A stretch of DNA of 64,000 bases. Origin: an uncultured Actinomycetes bacterium. Lineage in GTDB: Bacteria > Actinomycetota > Thermoleophilia > RBG-16-64-13. A program made the translations under genes and the position numbers. The DNA lies in NCBI GenBank assembly GCA_947085635.1, contig CAMTXC010000009.1, positions 1,425 to 65,424 on the forward strand, read 5' to 3'. Positions 62,514 to 64,000 of this stretch are shown one piece after another. The stretch's first letter is position 1. Every line of letters begins with the position of its first letter. The notes beneath the pieces are model-generated. The model was not told the origin of the DNA, searched no databases, and saw nothing but the letters and a program-made list of their open reading frames with translations.

Positions 62514-64000
62514 ATGTCTGACGAGAAGAAGAGAAAAGGCAACCGCTACGCCAAGTCCATCGACCCGGCCGCTCTGGAGATGCTCCAGATCGCGGAAGAG
62601 AAGGGCATCTCCACGATGTTCTCCCGCGTCGACGAGGTGTCGGCGTGCCCCATCGGAGCCGAAGGCGCCTGCTGCAAGATCTGCTTCATGGGCCCCTGTC
62701 GCTTCGTAGGCAAGGAGAAGGAAGAGAAGCACGGGGTGTGCGGAGCCAGCCTGGCAACCGTGGCCGCCCGTAACTTCATCCGCTCGTGCGCCGGCGGGGC
62801 GTCCGCCCACGCCGACCACGGGCGCACCATCGCCGAGACCCTGCTGATGGTGGGCAAGGGCGAGGCGGCGGACTACCGGGTGAAAGACCCCATCAAGCTG
62901 CGTACGGTCGCGGGCTACTTCGACATCCCTGTCGAGGGCAAAGACGACAACCAGCTTGCAGTGGAAGTGGCCACGGCCGCTCTGAACGAGTGGGGCAAGC
63001 AGAACGAGCATCAGATCTATGCGAAGCGCGCTCCCAAGAAGCGCCAGGAGCTGTGGGAGAAACTGGGCGTCACCCCCCGCGGGTTCGACCGCGAAGTGGT
63101 GGATTCCATGCACCGTACCCACGCCGGTGGCGACCAGGATGCTCAGCACATCATGGACCAGTGCGTGCGCATGTGCCTGGCCAGCGGCTGGGGCGGCTCC
63201 ATGCTCGCTACAGACATCTCGGATATCCTCTGGGGCACTCCGAGGCCGCTCACCAGCGAAGCCAACTTGGGCGTGCTGAACGCCGAGGACGTCAACATCA
63301 TCATCCACGGGCACGAGCCTGTACTCTCGGAGATGATCGTTGACGCGTCTCAGGATCCCGAGATCATCGAGTACGCCAAGAGCAAGGGCGCGGCCGGCAT
63401 CACGTTGGCCGGCATCTGCTGCACGGCGAACGAGATCTGGATGCGCCGAGGCGTACCGCCGGCAGGCAACTCGCTGCACCAGGAGCTGGCGCTCCTCACG
63501 GGCGCGGTGGAGCTCATGGTCACCGACATCCAGTGTGTCTTCCAGGGGCTCGTGGGTGTGGCCAAGAACTTCCACACGCACGTGGTCACCACGTCACAGA
63601 AGGCTCACATCGAGGGGGCCACTCGCGTGGAGTTCCACGAGGATCGGGCGCTCGAGATCGCCAAGGACATCGTCAGGATGGCGATCGACAACTACGAGAA
63701 CCGCGACGCGGCTAAAGTCCACATCCCGAACATCAAGAGCCCCGTCGTCGCCGGCTTCTCCCATGAGTACATCCGGTACATGTTGGGCGGGAAGTATCGT
63801 GGGAGTTTCCAGCCCCTGAACGACAACATCATCAACGGCAAGATCCAGGGCGCCGTCGCCATCGTCGGCTGCAACAACCCCCGCTCCACCCAGGACGAGG
63901 GCATCATCAACCTGGTCAAGAACTTCATCGAGAACGACGTGCTCGTGCTCGTGACCGGATGTGCGGCCCACGCGGCCGGGAAGCACGGCTTCCTCACTCC
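62514..64000 (+). CDS. cooS: Anaerobic carbon-monoxide dehydrogenase catalytic subunit (CooS/AcsA), 3'-truncated by the window edge
   Basis: The gene is absent from the ORF track because no stop is reached. AAAGGAG lies before the ATG at 62514. N-terminal Cys motifs are CPIGAEGACCKICFMGPCR and HGVCGA. Further sequences include ...HGHEP..., ...GICCTANE... and ...VGCNNP...VTGCAA. No other plus-strand track ORF occupies this frame. Confidence 0.93.
   Translation, partial: MSDEKKRKGNRYAKSIDPAALEMLQIAEEKGISTMFSRVDEVSACPIGAEGACCKICFMGPCRFVGKEKEEKHGVCGASLATVAARNFIRSCAGGASAHADHGRTIAETLLMVGKGEAADYRVKDPIKLRTVAGYFDIPVEGKDDNQLAVEVATAALNEWGKQNEHQIYAKRAPKKRQELWEKLGVTPRGFDREVVDSMHRTHAGGDQDAQHIMDQCVRMCLASGWGGSMLATDISDILWGTPRPLTSEANLGVLNAEDVNIIIHGHEPVLSEMIVDASQDPEIIEYAKSKGAAGITLAGICCTANEIWMRRGVPPAGNSLHQELALLTGAVELMVTDIQCVFQGLVGVAKNFHTHVVTTSQKAHIEGATRVEFHEDRALEIAKDIVRMAIDNYENRDAAKVHIPNIKSPVVAGFSHEYIRYMLGGKYRGSFQPLNDNIINGKIQGAVAIVGCNNPRSTQDEGIINLVKNFIENDVLVLVTGCAAHAAGKHGFLT

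Overview
The window is GC-rich by eye (not computed) and densely coding. It is almost certainly a chromosomal fragment from an anaerobic member of the Actinobacteriota, probably a metagenome-type contig. The backbone synteny is the actinobacterial housekeeping pattern: uvrA; hflX; uvrC-ogt-rapZ-yvcK-whiA-gap-pgk-tpiA-gpmI...secG; murI...rph-rdgB.

Several anaerobic and nickel-metallocentre modules sit on this backbone:
- A hyp maturation operon, hypF-murB-hypD-hypE-hypA-hypB.
- An orphan larC.
- A lipoprotein cytochrome c with ten CxxCH motifs.
- The start of a Wood-Ljungdahl operon, fhs-acsV(RACo)-cooC-fchA-folD-acsD-cooS, which runs off the 3' edge.

Other content:
- A 5'-truncated NHL/CWB2 surface protein.
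- A family-5 peptide/nickel ABC transporter.
- RNase P RNA.
- Fe-SOD.
- A hybrid PAS histidine kinase and a DUF1638 protein.
- A PrpE-like acyl-CoA synthetase next to a dehydrogenase-cupin fusion.
- Two decayed genes: an OsmC with an internal deletion and a 5'-truncated MBL-fold remnant.

I found no tRNA, rRNA, CRISPR array, transposase or integrase.

Most long ORFs in the track that lie antisense to, or out of frame with, the calls below are high-GC shadow ORFs. Several track ORFs carry spurious N-terminal extensions, which I trimmed using Shine-Dalgarno sites, stop/start overlaps or family N-termini.

I did not find a clear multi-gene system of unknown function. The observations most worth follow-up:
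1. A Cys4 zinc-ribbon-like insertion inside FolD of the WL operon.
2. The decaheme lipoprotein plus orphan LarC directly upstream of the WL promoter.
3. murB translationally coupled inside the hyp operon, where hypC normally sits.
4. Recurrent (TGn)TAGAAT-type -10 boxes placed 6-10 nt before start codons, implying leaderless mRNAs.
5. Several operator-like palindromes and phased direct repeats.
6. Tandem relic copies of the 3' ends of whiA and hflX.

All functional calls rest on motif and family recognition by eye. No database search, alignment or statistic was run.
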